Origin: Camelus ferus
Lineage: Eukaryota
NCBI RefSeq assembly: GCF_009834535.1
Contig: NC_045707.1
Coordinates: forward strand, 54,686,001-54,750,000
Direction: 5' to 3'
Length of the DNA: 64,000 nucleotides
Of this stretch, positions 63,850 to 64,000 are shown one piece after another. Positions within the stretch are counted from its first letter, which is position 1; each line of letters opens with the position of its first letter. Made by a program: the position numbers and the translations under genes. Below the pieces are notes generated by a model. It was not told the DNA's origin, searched no databases, and saw only the letters and a program-made list of their open reading frames with translations.

Positions 63850-64000
63850 TTACAGTGCTAAGTGATTTATATGCATTTAACTCAGCACAAAACCCTTATG
63901 AAGTAGTTGTTATCATTCCTGTCTTACTGATGTGGAAATAGAAGTTTAGATGAGTAAGTGACTTGTCCAAGGTCACCAACATTAAGCTGAGGCTAAAACA
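63850..64000 (-). mobile_element. MIR SINE (runs off the window)
   Basis: TCTTACTGATGTGGAAATAGAAGTTTAGATGAGTAAGTGACTTGTCCAAGGTCAC. Confidence 0.8.

Noticed and set aside
1..64000. CpG-island promoter or an identifiable named gene
   Set aside because: CpG is depleted throughout and no exon translation matched a protein I recognise, so no gene symbol is assigned.

Overview
AT-rich, CpG-poor mammalian nuclear DNA that looks intergenic or deep-intronic. A Vic-1-type tRNA-Ala-derived SINE at 36790-36921 points to a camelid genome (Camelus/Vicugna/Lama). The window is a patchwork of transposable-element fossils: four pieces of a relatively young L1 family, older L1MC/L1ME pieces, many L2 and MIR fragments, MaLR (MLT1) and other ERV solo LTRs, hAT MITEs (MER20, MER58) and microsatellites. 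I could not identify any protein-coding gene; the ORFs I can recognise are decayed L1 ORF2 pieces and the rest look like chance ORFs. There is no CRISPR, rRNA or real tRNA, and I see no solid evidence of a novel biological system. The most interesting parts are the repeat-free islands: a dense E-box/RUNX/TALE motif cluster followed by a minus-strand splice donor (about 12.1-12.4 kb), PBX-MEIS, NF-Y and FOX motif blocks (29, 31, 48 kb), several exon-like segments, and a few hairpins. Repeat family names are by-eye recognition of consensus sequences and boundaries are approximate; no search was run.
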